Virus record (IMG/VR): IMGVR_UViG_3300028898_000252
Span: 253,946 to 317,945 of that record
DNA length: 64,000 bases
Direction: 5' to 3' (one strand)
Origin: a virus
Lineage: Duplodnaviria; Heunggongvirae; Uroviricota; Caudoviricetes
Part shown: piece by piece, positions 30,395 through 40,533 of the stretch
Layout of the letters: each line of letters starts with the position of its first letter
Position numbering within the stretch: position 1 is the first letter of the stretch
The notes under the pieces: model-generated
Databases searched by the model: none
The model's input: only the letters and a program-made list of their open reading frames with translations
What the model was told of the DNA's origin: nothing
Program-made: the position numbers and the translations under genes

Positions 30395-31720
30395 ATGCCA
30401 TTATTTAACGATGATACACCAATAACTCCTGGCTTAGATGTTTCAAATTCAGAAGGGTCATTAATTTATGGTGCAGATTCTGGTAGCGCCGCAAGACAAA
30501 TCAAGGTAACTTCCGATGGTTATTTGCAAATTGATTTTCTTCCGCAGGCAAAAACTCAATTTGGACAAAATCGAACTGTCAATCCTTATACTCTTGCAGA
30601 TAATGTTAATAAATATGGATTTGATTTAATTGAATTTGCTTCAGCTTCTGTTGGTTCTGGAACCGTTGTTTCTATTACTTCTCAGAGTGCTGTTTCGCTT
30701 CGTGTAAGTTCAACAAATGGTGATTATGCAAGAATTAGATCAAACACTTATTATAGATATCAAGCAGGAAAAGAGCAAAATGTAAAATTATCTTGTTATA
30801 TACCAGGTGGAGCAAAGGCAAATCAAATTTCTAGAATTGGATATTTTGACGATTCAGATGGCTTATTTTTTGCTTTATCAGGATCAAATTTTGGAATTTA
30901 TAAAAGATATTCTTCGTTAGGAGGCTCTGTGCAAGAAACATTTATTTCTCAGTCAAGTTTTAACAAGTTAAAACTTGATGGAACATCCAATGATTATGTT
31001 TTGGATTTGACGAAAGCTAATTTATTTGAAATTAGATTCCAATGGCTAGGAGTAGGAAATGTTGAATTTTTTATAAACAATTCTCTTGTCCACTCAATGA
31101 CCAATGTTAATACTTTTAATGGTCCTTATATTAAAACTGGGGTGTTACCCATAGCTCTAGAAATACAAAACAATGGATCTTCTACAGGAAATGAGCTTAA
31201 TTTTATTTGTTCATCGGTTGAATCTGACGGTGGAGCTACGCCACCAAAATATACTTTTAACGCATACAATTCTACAGATATTTCAACAACAACAACAGAA
31301 CGACCTTTATTGTTAATAAGACCTGGAACTTTGTTTCGTTCTATTGAAAATAGAGTTGTTGGATTACCAATTCGTTTAGCTATTAGCACAGAAGGCGCAA
31401 GAGCTGGGTTTAGAATAATTTTAAATCCAACAACTATTACTGGAGGTTCTTGGGTTTCTGCAAGTGTAAATAATTCTGCATTTGAATATAATATCTCGGC
31501 CACAGCTTTTACTGGTGGCGAAACTCTTTATAGAGGTTTTATTCCGAACACAAATGACTCAAGAGAAATTGACTTAGAAAGATTTTTCGAATCTAACGCA
31601 AGAGGTTTAAAACTTAATGGTTTCGCAACGAATGTTGATAGTTTGTTAATAACAGGTGTTAACGAAGCAACAGGAACAACTTTAATGCGCGCGTCACTTA
31701 CATGGCAGGAGATAAGATAA
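30395..31720 (+). CDS. putative virion protein (beta-sandwich)
   Basis: RYQAGK, RIGYFD..DG.FF, QWLGVG, C-terminal W.E. Confidence 0.65.
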   Translation: MPLFNDDTPITPGLDVSNSEGSLIYGADSGSAARQIKVTSDGYLQIDFLPQAKTQFGQNRTVNPYTLADNVNKYGFDLIEFASASVGSGTVVSITSQSAVSLRVSSTNGDYARIRSNTYYRYQAGKEQNVKLSCYIPGGAKANQISRIGYFDDSDGLFFALSGSNFGIYKRYSSLGGSVQETFISQSSFNKLKLDGTSNDYVLDLTKANLFEIRFQWLGVGNVEFFINNSLVHSMTNVNTFNGPYIKTGVLPIALEIQNNGSSTGNELNFICSSVESDGGATPPKYTFNAYNSTDISTTTTERPLLLIRPGTLFRSIENRVVGLPIRLAISTEGARAGFRIILNPTTITGGSWVSASVNNSAFEYNISATAFTGGETLYRGFIPNTNDSREIDLERFFESNARGLKLNGFATNVDSLLITGVNEATGTTLMRASLTWQEIR

Positions 31721-33388
31721 ATGGCTATAGGATTTGATATTCATGAAAAAGTTAGATATTTTAATTTTTGGTCAGATATAAAACCTTATATTGACGGAAC
31801 TAGTTCAAGTTTAGCTTATAATTGGTCGTATACACCAAATAATGAATATTATTTAATCGCAACTGAACCTTATGTTGGATTTAATTTTATTTGTTATTTG
31901 GAAAATACTTCATCGGTCGAAAGAACAGACTTTGAAAAGAATTGGAAGAATTTACCTCTGAAAAAAGCTAGTGGTTCTTTTGTCGATGTTAGATTAATAA
32001 GCTCTTCAATGCAAGAGATTGGAATTCAAAATAGACCAATATGGATAACTGGTTCTGTTACATCTACTGGCGGTAGCGGTGGTTCTGGTGGAACAGTTAC
32101 CCAGGGAAATCAAGGAACGATTCCTCAATCTTGGTATGTTCAACTTACAAACGGTTCGACAACCATTGGAACTAGTCAGGCAACAGCATTATTCGTGACT
32201 GGAAACATTACTGCTTCAATATCTGGAATTCCTACGATTACAGGCTCTGTAGCAGTTGTTTCTTTTCCTTCCTTTGGAACAAATGGTGGATCGATACCTT
32301 CTGTTGGAAACTTAATTGGAGGAACATCAACAGGTACAGATTTTAGAGTTTTATCAACTGATACAACTGGAAAATTAAATGTAAATGCTACATTGTCAAA
32401 TCCATCCGTTGGAGGAACAGGATCAATTGCTCCATATTCTGCCTCTTTAAATGGCTTAAAAGATCTATCTGGCAATATTCGCGCGGCTGCTGGCGACAAT
32501 GATGGTTCTCAGTATGTTTCATTTCGAGAAAATACGGCAACTGGTACTTTAGGTTCTTTAAATGCCGCTATAACTATTGCACTTAGCGGCTCTACAAGCG
32601 TAGGATTTCAATTGGCAGCAGGAACTTTAATAGGAACACTTACCGCAGAAATATCTTATGACGGCGGCACAACTTGGTCGAATACTGGTTTTTTCGATGT
32701 CGATACCAAAGGTTTGCAAGATACAATAGTTTTTTCATCTGCAAATACAGCACAAACCAAAGTTCTTGTTGTTGCTCCTGGTGGTGGTCTCGCAAGAGTA
32801 AGAGTTTCTGCTTATACTTCTGGCACAACAACTGGAACAATTCGTACATCAATTATACCACAAATAATTGTCTATAATTCACCGCTAGATGGAAGAAGAA
32901 CGACTTATTCTGCCGCAACAGCAGTGTTTACGCCCGCCGCAACAGCAACAGATATCTTTACGATTATTGGGTCAGCTACTAAAACTATTAGAGTATTACA
33001 ACTACAAATTTCTGCAACTATTACAGCAGCTGCTTCAAATAACATATTTCTTATTAAAAGAAGCACGGCAAATACAGGGGGAACTTTTGTTGCTGCAACA
33101 AAAGTTCCCCATGATTCACAATCTGCCGCGGCAACAGCAACAGTTCAACACTATACGGCAAATCCAACCGCGCTAGGAACGATAGTTGGTAATGTAAGAA
33201 CATACAGAGGAATTATTCCAGCCTCTGCGACAGCAGTTTCAAATCCTATAGTCGTATGGGAATTCGGAACTAGACCAGCACAAGGAATTGTTTTAAGAGG
33301 AACTGGGGAGCAACTTGTTGTAAATTTAAATGCGGCGACATTTGCAGGTGGAAATATAAGCATTTCGGTAGAATGGACAGAAGAATAA
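31721..33388 (+). CDS. putative virion fibre protein
   Basis: Gly/Thr-rich; shares a ~37-aa block with 29702..30331; ends EWTEE. Confidence 0.65.
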   Translation: MAIGFDIHEKVRYFNFWSDIKPYIDGTSSSLAYNWSYTPNNEYYLIATEPYVGFNFICYLENTSSVERTDFEKNWKNLPLKKASGSFVDVRLISSSMQEIGIQNRPIWITGSVTSTGGSGGSGGTVTQGNQGTIPQSWYVQLTNGSTTIGTSQATALFVTGNITASISGIPTITGSVAVVSFPSFGTNGGSIPSVGNLIGGTSTGTDFRVLSTDTTGKLNVNATLSNPSVGGTGSIAPYSASLNGLKDLSGNIRAAAGDNDGSQYVSFRENTATGTLGSLNAAITIALSGSTSVGFQLAAGTLIGTLTAEISYDGGTTWSNTGFFDVDTKGLQDTIVFSSANTAQTKVLVVAPGGGLARVRVSAYTSGTTTGTIRTSIIPQIIVYNSPLDGRRTTYSAATAVFTPAATATDIFTIIGSATKTIRVLQLQISATITAAASNNIFLIKRSTANTGGTFVAATKVPHDSQSAAATATVQHYTANPTALGTIVGNVRTYRGIIPASATAVSNPIVVWEFGTRPAQGIVLRGTGEQLVVNLNAATFAGGNISISVEWTEE

Positions 33389-33401
33389 AAGGAAATAAAT
33401 T

Positions 33402-35078
33402 ATGATTGAATTTTCAGGGGCATTATCAAAACGATTTTATAAATGGAAACAGTTTTTAACTGTTGCGACTAATAGAGCAGGAAGAATTCAATATGATGAA
33501 GATTCCAACTTTTACTTAATTTATTTTTATGATGGGCCCGAAGTCTTTTGGACAAGAATTTGGAAAACTACAGTTCCTTCTGATATAGAAATTTCTGATG
33601 ACTATCTTGATAGCGAAAACACTGAAGATAAAATCGAATTTCTTTCACTTTCTTCTTTGTATAACCAGAGCAACATTCCTCGAACAACAAAAGGTGTCGT
33701 TGGTTCAGCTGCGGCAAAAGGATTAGGAGGATTTACACCCAACCCGAACAACAATCCAGAAGAACCTGACCCAGATGAAATTGTTTCACTTTATGCAGAT
33801 GGTGAAGGGTCTTTAGTTACAAGAGGATATGCTTTTACAGATGAAGGATCTTTTCGAGAAGATTTTGGTGGTAAAGAGTTAATTTCCTTAATAGAAGGAA
33901 TTGGAACATCTGTAGTTTCTTCGAGTCAAATAATAGGTTCAGGTTCCTTTTTTACTCAAGAATTTGATAGAGATTATTATATAAGAATTTCTGGATCTAC
34001 CGATTGGATGCGTGTTGTTAGAGTTCCAACAGATGAATCTGTGATAGTCGACACAGTTTTTGATTCCACTTTTAGTGGTTCGCTGCAAAAAACAAGATGG
34101 ATAAATATTTACACTGGATCGAACAGTGGACAAGTATCAGTGGATAATTCTCATGTTATTTTATCCGCAAGTTCGACAATAAGTGAATCAGTTGGAATTA
34201 AACGATTTGCTGATTATGGTCCAATGTTTTCGATTTTAAGAGGAAAGCAAAATCAAAGACTTGATGGACAAAAATCATTTTTTGGATTTAGAGATAATAT
34301 AGAAACTCCAAATGCTCAAACAATTGTCTGTTTCGAAGGAAGCGATAATACAAAAATTAAATTTATTACTTCTACAGTATCTTCTTCAAATGAAGAAAAC
34401 ACAGAAATAAGTACACTTACCTTACCAGCAAGTTTAACAACAGAGTTAGATATAACTTATAAAATTAGCGTAACCCCAGATTATTGTTCACTTACAGTGA
34501 ATGATGTTTTTTTAAGTAAGCATACTGTACATATCCCTGGCCCTTATTCCGAAATGGAACTAGTTTCAGGTATTGTCAATATCACAACTTCAAGTTCTGA
34601 CACTCATTTAATGTTTGATTCGATTTATTTTTCAAATCAAAATCAACTACAAATAGCTTCGTCTTTTACGGAACCAGTGCCGATAGTTGTAAAAGAAGAT
34701 TTGCATAATGTTACTGGGAAACTCACTACAAATTCTACAACTTCTGACCAAGTTATCATTGAATATAACGTTCCAACTGGAAAAGTTTTTTATTTAATAG
34801 GTTATTACATATCTGTTGAAGGTGGGGCAGACGCAAATCCAATGAAAATTGGAAGAAACAATATTAGTTCAGAACCGATTGTAAGTGGATCAGTTGATTC
34901 TAATATATTTAGAATTTTTAATGTTCCCGCCTCAATGGCAGTTCCACTCGATATTGATTTCGGTGGAAATCCAAGAAGATTGGCAACAGAGGGAGACACG
35001 GTTAAAGTAACAGTAACTCCTGCTTCAAGCGTTTCAACAACTTGGCGTGTTGGACTTGACTATGTTTTAAGATCATAA
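33402..35078 (+). CDS. putative virion protein
   Basis: Long beta-rich ORF in the structural operon. Confidence 0.6.
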   Translation: MIEFSGALSKRFYKWKQFLTVATNRAGRIQYDEDSNFYLIYFYDGPEVFWTRIWKTTVPSDIEISDDYLDSENTEDKIEFLSLSSLYNQSNIPRTTKGVVGSAAAKGLGGFTPNPNNNPEEPDPDEIVSLYADGEGSLVTRGYAFTDEGSFREDFGGKELISLIEGIGTSVVSSSQIIGSGSFFTQEFDRDYYIRISGSTDWMRVVRVPTDESVIVDTVFDSTFSGSLQKTRWINIYTGSNSGQVSVDNSHVILSASSTISESVGIKRFADYGPMFSILRGKQNQRLDGQKSFFGFRDNIETPNAQTIVCFEGSDNTKIKFITSTVSSSNEENTEISTLTLPASLTTELDITYKISVTPDYCSLTVNDVFLSKHTVHIPGPYSEMELVSGIVNITTSSSDTHLMFDSIYFSNQNQLQIASSFTEPVPIVVKEDLHNVTGKLTTNSTTSDQVIIEYNVPTGKVFYLIGYYISVEGGADANPMKIGRNNISSEPIVSGSVDSNIFRIFNVPASMAVPLDIDFGGNPRRLATEGDTVKVTVTPASSVSTTWRVGLDYVLRS

Positions 35079-35093
35079 TTTAAAAGGGGAAAA

Positions 35094-36212
35094 ATGGCTC
35101 AGCAGAAATTACAAATAATATATACAACATTTACAGAACTAGTTTCAAAAGTTCCAACCTATTATATTCCACAAGGCGAAGGTGGATATGTTTTATGCGC
35201 AGTTGCAGAAGATTTTTACGCAACTTGTAGAATACAGAGCGGATCAACAGACGCAGTTAATTTTGAATCAGCTTATAAAATAAGTGGTTCACAAGCTGCC
35301 TCGCTTGACGATGCTTTAATTCTTGGAACTATTGCAAATGGTATTCCGCTAATTAAAAAATATCAATCTGATTCTGCCATGCCTGTAACGATTGTCGGAA
35401 GAGAAGGTTCTGAAACAAATTGGTCGACACACAACTTTTGTGATGCAACAACTTGGTATGCTGATTCTGTTCGCATAGAAGAAGTTCTATTTAACGCTGG
35501 AGACAATCTTATATTTTCTGGTTCGCATCAAAAATGGATAAACATGTATGGTGGAAAAGTGTTTGACGAAGGAGCATTGGTTACAGATGTTGACCACGGT
35601 TATTTGGTAAATGTAATTGTTGGCGGGGTAACAATGTCGGCCCAAAATCAGTTTACTCAAACTGGTGGAGACTATTCAATAAACTTTAGAAGTGGATCTA
35701 TTACATTTTTTTCTCCTGTCACTTCTTCTGTTACGTGTTCGTATTCTTATGCAAATGGATCTTCATGGTATTTAACACCTGAGCCAACAAAAGCACTGGA
35801 TATTGAACAATCCGAAATTCAATTTTCTGAAAATGTTTTAATGAATGATCGAGTTAATTTTATTGTCGAAGGACCAATTGATATTTTCGCCCCACAACTT
35901 TTAATATCAAATGGAGGACCATACCCATCTGGAACACTAATTCCAGTAGAAACAACATGGTATGACACCATATATCAAATGGTTGATGAAGCACTAGGCA
36001 GCTATCCAATTATTCCAGCAATTGGAGGACCAGCAAGAGGAATAAGTTCATCAATTTTCGGGTTTCCTTTTACATATAATGCTGTAAGAAGACTTCGAAG
36101 TGTATATGGTCTTAGACTTAAAGTCAAACTCGATAATGACCTGGAATTTGGTGGGGATCGAGCAACTGCAACATTTTATTGTGTGGCAAGAAATGAATCT
36201 GATTTAGGTTAA
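35094..36212 (+). CDS. putative virion protein
   Basis: Long ORF in the structural operon; THNFCD.TTWY. Confidence 0.6.
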   Translation: MAQQKLQIIYTTFTELVSKVPTYYIPQGEGGYVLCAVAEDFYATCRIQSGSTDAVNFESAYKISGSQAASLDDALILGTIANGIPLIKKYQSDSAMPVTIVGREGSETNWSTHNFCDATTWYADSVRIEEVLFNAGDNLIFSGSHQKWINMYGGKVFDEGALVTDVDHGYLVNVIVGGVTMSAQNQFTQTGGDYSINFRSGSITFFSPVTSSVTCSYSYANGSSWYLTPEPTKALDIEQSEIQFSENVLMNDRVNFIVEGPIDIFAPQLLISNGGPYPSGTLIPVETTWYDTIYQMVDEALGSYPIIPAIGGPARGISSSIFGFPFTYNAVRRLRSVYGLRLKVKLDNDLEFGGDRATATFYCVARNESDLG

Positions 36213-36214
36213 AA

Positions 36215-36763
36215 TTATTTTAAAGATTTATATTCTTTCATAAGTTTCCCAAATTTCTCTTTCTTTTCTTCAAATTCATCTGATTCCGAGTCTATTTCTT
36301 GAATTTCTTCTTTCAGTTTTAACATGGCCTCTAAAATTTGTTGTTTTGTTTTCACAGAATTTACAGAAACAGTTAGTTTTGCTGTTTGTTTTTCTTGTAA
36401 TTTTTCAGTTTTTGCACTTTCGTTTTGAAAGTTTCCAATTTTTACTTTTGGACGTTCTTTACCACGAATAAAAGTTTCAAGTGGCTCGAAAACTTGTCCG
36501 TCAATCATAACTTGTAATTTGCTTTTATAAAGTACCGATTCTTGCAAATTTGTTTTTAGCGGCGGAATTAAAACATTAAAAGATTCCGATTCTTCATTGT
36601 AAAGTGCCTCAAACATAAAAGCAATCTCCTTATCCTGTATAATAAATTTACACTCCTGAAGTTCTTCATTTCCAGAACCTTCCAAAGATAAATCAAAACT
36701 TAATTTATTATATTTTGTTAAGTCTATTTCAATTGGTTTTTCATTTTCCATTTTATTACTCAT
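36215..36763 (-). CDS. hypothetical protein
   Basis: ORF track; TAATTA just upstream. Confidence 0.6.
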   Translation of the reverse strand: MSNKMENEKPIEIDLTKYNKLSFDLSLEGSGNEELQECKFIIQDKEIAFMFEALYNEESESFNVLIPPLKTNLQESVLYKSKLQVMIDGQVFEPLETFIRGKERPKVKIGNFQNESAKTEKLQEKQTAKLTVSVNSVKTKQQILEAMLKLKEEIQEIDSESDEFEEKKEKFGKLMKEYKSLK

Positions 36764-36777
36764 AACTAATTATTTTA

Positions 36778-37167
36778 CTAAATTTTTATAACTTTATTAA
36801 ATTTCACAATGAATTTTTTATCAGGATAAACAATTGTTTCTGTAATGTTTTTCACTTCTGCTACAAGAGTTTTTGCATCGCTTAAATTATCTTTTTCTAA
36901 TATCTTCATTAAAGAAATATGTTCCTTGTCGTTAACTTTTACTTTTATTTGAACTTTAATTTTTTTCTTTTTAAAAGTTTCTAACCAGTTAAGAATTTGT
37001 TCTGGTGTGAAATATGGATATGCAAGATAGCCAGTAGAGGCAGAACCGCCAGAAATTCCTATTGGAACTATTTCTGGTTCAATTACAATTTCACAGTCTG
37101 GGTGGTCATAGCAAATAACATCATCATAAAGATATAAATCAGAATCATAGTCTACTAGATCTGCCAT
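36778..37167 (-). CDS. hypothetical protein
   Basis: ORF track; TAATTA just upstream. Confidence 0.55.
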   Translation of the reverse strand: MADLVDYDSDLYLYDDVICYDHPDCEIVIEPEIVPIGISGGSASTGYLAYPYFTPEQILNWLETFKKKKIKVQIKVKVNDKEHISLMKILEKDNLSDAKTLVAEVKNITETIVYPDKKFIVKFNKVIKI

Positions 37168-37203
37168 TTGTTAGTTAATTACATTAAAGGAATTATTACG
37201 TTT

Positions 37204-38070
37204 ATGAACAAAGAGATGAAAAAAATATTGGTTTTAAGTGGTGGTGGTGCTTATGGCAGCTATCAAATTGGCGTCTTGAAAGCTCTTTTGGAAAAAAATT
37301 TAGCTGGCTGGGATATTGTTGCAGGTGTTTCTGTTGGTGCAATAAACACTTTATGGCTAAGTTCTTTTAATAAAGAAGAAATTAAAGATGCAATTACTTC
37401 ACTTGAAACTTTATGGGGAACATTAATAAAAGGAAATAAATCAATTTATAAACCTTGGTATTTTAAACCTTTAAATTATCTTGCTTCTTTTTGGAAAGGC
37501 TCATTATATAATACAAAACCACTTTTAAATTTACTTAAAACGAATTCTAATCTTGAAAAACTTAATTTTTCAAATGTGTCTTCTTATGTTGGCGCGGTTT
37601 CTTTGAATTCAGGAAACTTTTCGCTGATTGATATTAAAAATAACGATAAAGCTTTGGAATGGGTGCTGGCTTCAGCCAGTATGCCAATGCTATTCAATCC
37701 AATTGAAATCAATTCAGAAAAATGGGTTGATGGAGGTGTAAAATCAGTTACTCCTCTTAAAGAAATTATAAACGAAATTGGAATAGAAAATATTTCACAC
37801 ATTGATGTAATTCTTGCTAATCCAACAACTTTAGACAAAAATCAAAAGAAATTCACATCTGTGATAGAAGTTGCAACCTCCTGTTTAGAAGGAGCGGTAA
37901 ATGAAATTATGATCACGGATCTTGATATTGATATTGAGTCGTTTAAAGGCACATACTCAATTTATAAACCAGAATCTCATTTAGAATTCGATGCCTTTAA
38001 TTTCGATCCAAAGGAACTTAAAAAGGCAATAATCAAAGGCTATGAAGAAACACTTAAGAAATTAAAATAA
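37204..38070 (+). CDS. patatin-like phospholipase
   Basis: LVLSGGGAYG, GVSVG nucleophile elbow, ASASMP, VDGG. Confidence 0.92.
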   Translation: MNKEMKKILVLSGGGAYGSYQIGVLKALLEKNLAGWDIVAGVSVGAINTLWLSSFNKEEIKDAITSLETLWGTLIKGNKSIYKPWYFKPLNYLASFWKGSLYNTKPLLNLLKTNSNLEKLNFSNVSSYVGAVSLNSGNFSLIDIKNNDKALEWVLASASMPMLFNPIEINSEKWVDGGVKSVTPLKEIINEIGIENISHIDVILANPTTLDKNQKKFTSVIEVATSCLEGAVNEIMITDLDIDIESFKGTYSIYKPESHLEFDAFNFDPKELKKAIIKGYEETLKKLK

Positions 38071-38406
38071 AGGTTTTGGAATTTTTATTTCACCTTGAAC
38101 TATAAGTGGAAAAGTAAAATAGTCATAAGGAAACAGAGAAGGGATTACCGCGTCTAAGGTATTCGAAATAATAAAAGTCTGCTCGGTTTCTCTTATTCTA
38201 AATTCAAAAGGTTCATAATAAATTCCATTCGTTCCCAAGCATTTAAATTTTATTATTAACCTATCAAAACTAATACTAACCTCTGGATCAACAACCAATA
38301 CAATTAGTGGCTGAATCGCTAACCATTCCAATATATCCTTAAAATAAGGTTTGAACTCCACACTATTAAGAATAAGTGATTTAAGATCTGATTTTTTTAC
38401 TCTCAT
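38062..38406 (-). CDS. hypothetical protein
   Basis: ORF track. Confidence 0.5.
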   Translation of the reverse strand: MRVKKSDLKSLILNSVEFKPYFKDILEWLAIQPLIVLVVDPEVSISFDRLIIKFKCLGTNGIYYEPFEFRIRETEQTFIISNTLDAVIPSLFPYDYFTFPLIVQGEIKIPKPLF

Positions 38407-38881
38407 TAAGCTTTCTCAATTCTTCTACATAAGAAGAGAAATTATCAATTTTTTCTCCAAATTTAAGACCCTTTCTTTTCTCACTCCAGGAATAATGTAC
38501 CAGCGAAGGAAAACTTTTTGCTCTTATAGAATAAGAAATGCTTACTTTTTCAATTTTGAAATAAAAACTAAAATGAGTATAATGTTCTTTAAGAGATTCT
38601 TCGTCGAGATAATTGAAAATTTGAACTTTTCCAAGTCCTGAAAAAGAATAACTTGAATCGAATATTTTTAATTCATTTAATGATGTTTCAACAATGAATG
38701 AATCAACGGGAACAATAATAACCTTGCTAGTCCAAAAATTATAATTTTCTTGATACTCTTCTACCGTTTTTTTATCTTCCGATAAAGTTTTGTTTATTCT
38801 TACTGCAAACTGTTTACTCAAGTCATTAAACAATTCTTTTTCTTCCTGCGTTATGAATAGTGGGATTTTCATCTGGTTCAT
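38381..38881 (-). CDS. hypothetical protein
   Basis: ORF track. Confidence 0.55.
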   Translation of the reverse strand: MNQMKIPLFITQEEKELFNDLSKQFAVRINKTLSEDKKTVEEYQENYNFWTSKVIIVPVDSFIVETSLNELKIFDSSYSFSGLGKVQIFNYLDEESLKEHYTHFSFYFKIEKVSISYSIRAKSFPSLVHYSWSEKRKGLKFGEKIDNFSSYVEELRKLNESKKIRS

Positions 38882-38886
38882 TTTTT

Positions 38887-39270
38887 TTATTCCTTGTTTG
38901 TGTAATACTTAAACAATTTTAATAACTCATTTTTGATTATTGGCTTGTTCAAATTCGTTTCATAAATGTTTGGCGTTACAGAAAAAACTACATTCTCTTC
39001 GTTTTCGACATAGAGAAAAATTTCACATAAACTATTTGAATATTTTTTGATAGAAACCTCGTCTAAAAATAAATCAAAAATAGAAAACTGTATCGAAATT
39101 TTTTCTTGAGAAAATGCTACAGAAACGCTTTGTGAAGGTTCCGTCCCTAAAAAAATTTTATTTTTTATATTTGGGTTATTTAGGTTGGGAGAATATATTG
39201 AACGACACAAGTCAAAAACTTGATATGTTAATTTTTCAATACTAGTTTCTGGTTTGTTGTTTATCGACAT
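38887..39270 (-). CDS. hypothetical protein
   Basis: ORF track. Confidence 0.55.
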   Translation of the reverse strand: MSINNKPETSIEKLTYQVFDLCRSIYSPNLNNPNIKNKIFLGTEPSQSVSVAFSQEKISIQFSIFDLFLDEVSIKKYSNSLCEIFLYVENEENVVFSVTPNIYETNLNKPIIKNELLKLFKYYTNKE

Positions 39271-39341
39271 TGGAAACTAGTGCAGTTTAGTGACTGAAAA
39301 TGTTCGAGTCAAGTACTTGTTTTCTTGAAATTTGTCGAATC

Positions 39342-40526
39342 TTAGCGCAATAAATTTTCGATTGAAATAACAGATTCTGGGGCAACTCTATACTCTTCCA
39401 TACTTTCCAGGTATTTAATATTCGGATCTTTCATGTTCACTTTACAAACTAAGATTCCAACATTTTCTACGGTTTTATTTTTAAAAACATTCATTAAATT
39501 AGAAGAATCAAAAAATACAGGATCGTACCTATCTGAATAAGCCAAATAATACCGATAATAATCAAATATTTGATTTATCGTTAATCTTTCTAAATTCTTT
39601 TCTTCCGAATAAATCGGCCAATTTAAATCAATCGTGTCTGCGACACCAGCTTGCATTGCTAAAGTTTTAAGATCATAAATATCTATTTTGCCTTGGGCAA
39701 TTAAAATTGCCTCCTTTAAACATCTTGCAATTTCTTTTGCGATATATAAATCAGCAGTGAAAGAAATAGCAAAATTGCCAGCTTTATCCCTGTTGTGCCC
39801 GCCAATACCTTCAATTTCTTGCGCTGTTACATTTTTTCTAAAGCCATTTTCAAATATTTCTTTTGCATTTGTCGAGGCATGATATAAAGTTTCTACGTCT
39901 TCAAGGTTTTTATGTTCTAAATCTTTTTCGTCATATGCTAAAATCGTTTGTTGAAGTCTTTCTAATTTAGGGATAGCAAATTCAATTATTAGTTTACCAA
40001 GTTCATTAACGGCTATTGCTAAATTTTTTATTGAGAGATAAAGGTCGTGTGGTAAAATATGGTTGTTGTCAATAATTTCTGATTCGAGCTCATTTAAATT
40101 TTCTAAAATTTTATTTGAAAATTGATAAAAATTTTCAAAATCTTCTTGAAAAAACTTAAGATCTTGAATAATATATTTTAAAAAATCTGCGCTTCTTGAA
40201 TTTGACTTAGCAAGAGAAAACAAGTTTTGTACCCTGCTTGTTAAGTGCTCATTGTTTCGATTTATATTTCTTTTAAAGTTTTTTACTTGATATTTTAAGT
40301 CATCAAAACTATATGAAGCTAAGGGGGCTAAAATGTTGTCAAGATAATATTCTTTATCTCTTCTTTCATAAGACTCATCTTCTTCTAGAAATTTATTAAT
40401 TTCTTCATAACTGGAAATAATTTCGTGTTCGTATTTTAATATTCTTTTAGATAGGTTTTCGAAAAATAACTTTACGTTTCTTGGTTTAAAAGTAAATTTT
40501 TCAAACACGAAATTATATATTTGCAT
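39342..40526 (-). CDS. protein with C-terminal ADP-ribosyltransferase-like domain and FVFE leader
   Basis: TLYHAS....IFENGF, ISFT.D..IA, EEYRV; start placed at MQIYNFVFE. Confidence 0.55.
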   Translation of the reverse strand: MQIYNFVFEKFTFKPRNVKLFFENLSKRILKYEHEIISSYEEINKFLEEDESYERRDKEYYLDNILAPLASYSFDDLKYQVKNFKRNINRNNEHLTSRVQNLFSLAKSNSRSADFLKYIIQDLKFFQEDFENFYQFSNKILENLNELESEIIDNNHILPHDLYLSIKNLAIAVNELGKLIIEFAIPKLERLQQTILAYDEKDLEHKNLEDVETLYHASTNAKEIFENGFRKNVTAQEIEGIGGHNRDKAGNFAISFTADLYIAKEIARCLKEAILIAQGKIDIYDLKTLAMQAGVADTIDLNWPIYSEEKNLERLTINQIFDYYRYYLAYSDRYDPVFFDSSNLMNVFKNKTVENVGILVCKVNMKDPNIKYLESMEEYRVAPESVISIENLLR

Positions 40527-40533
40527 TACTATT

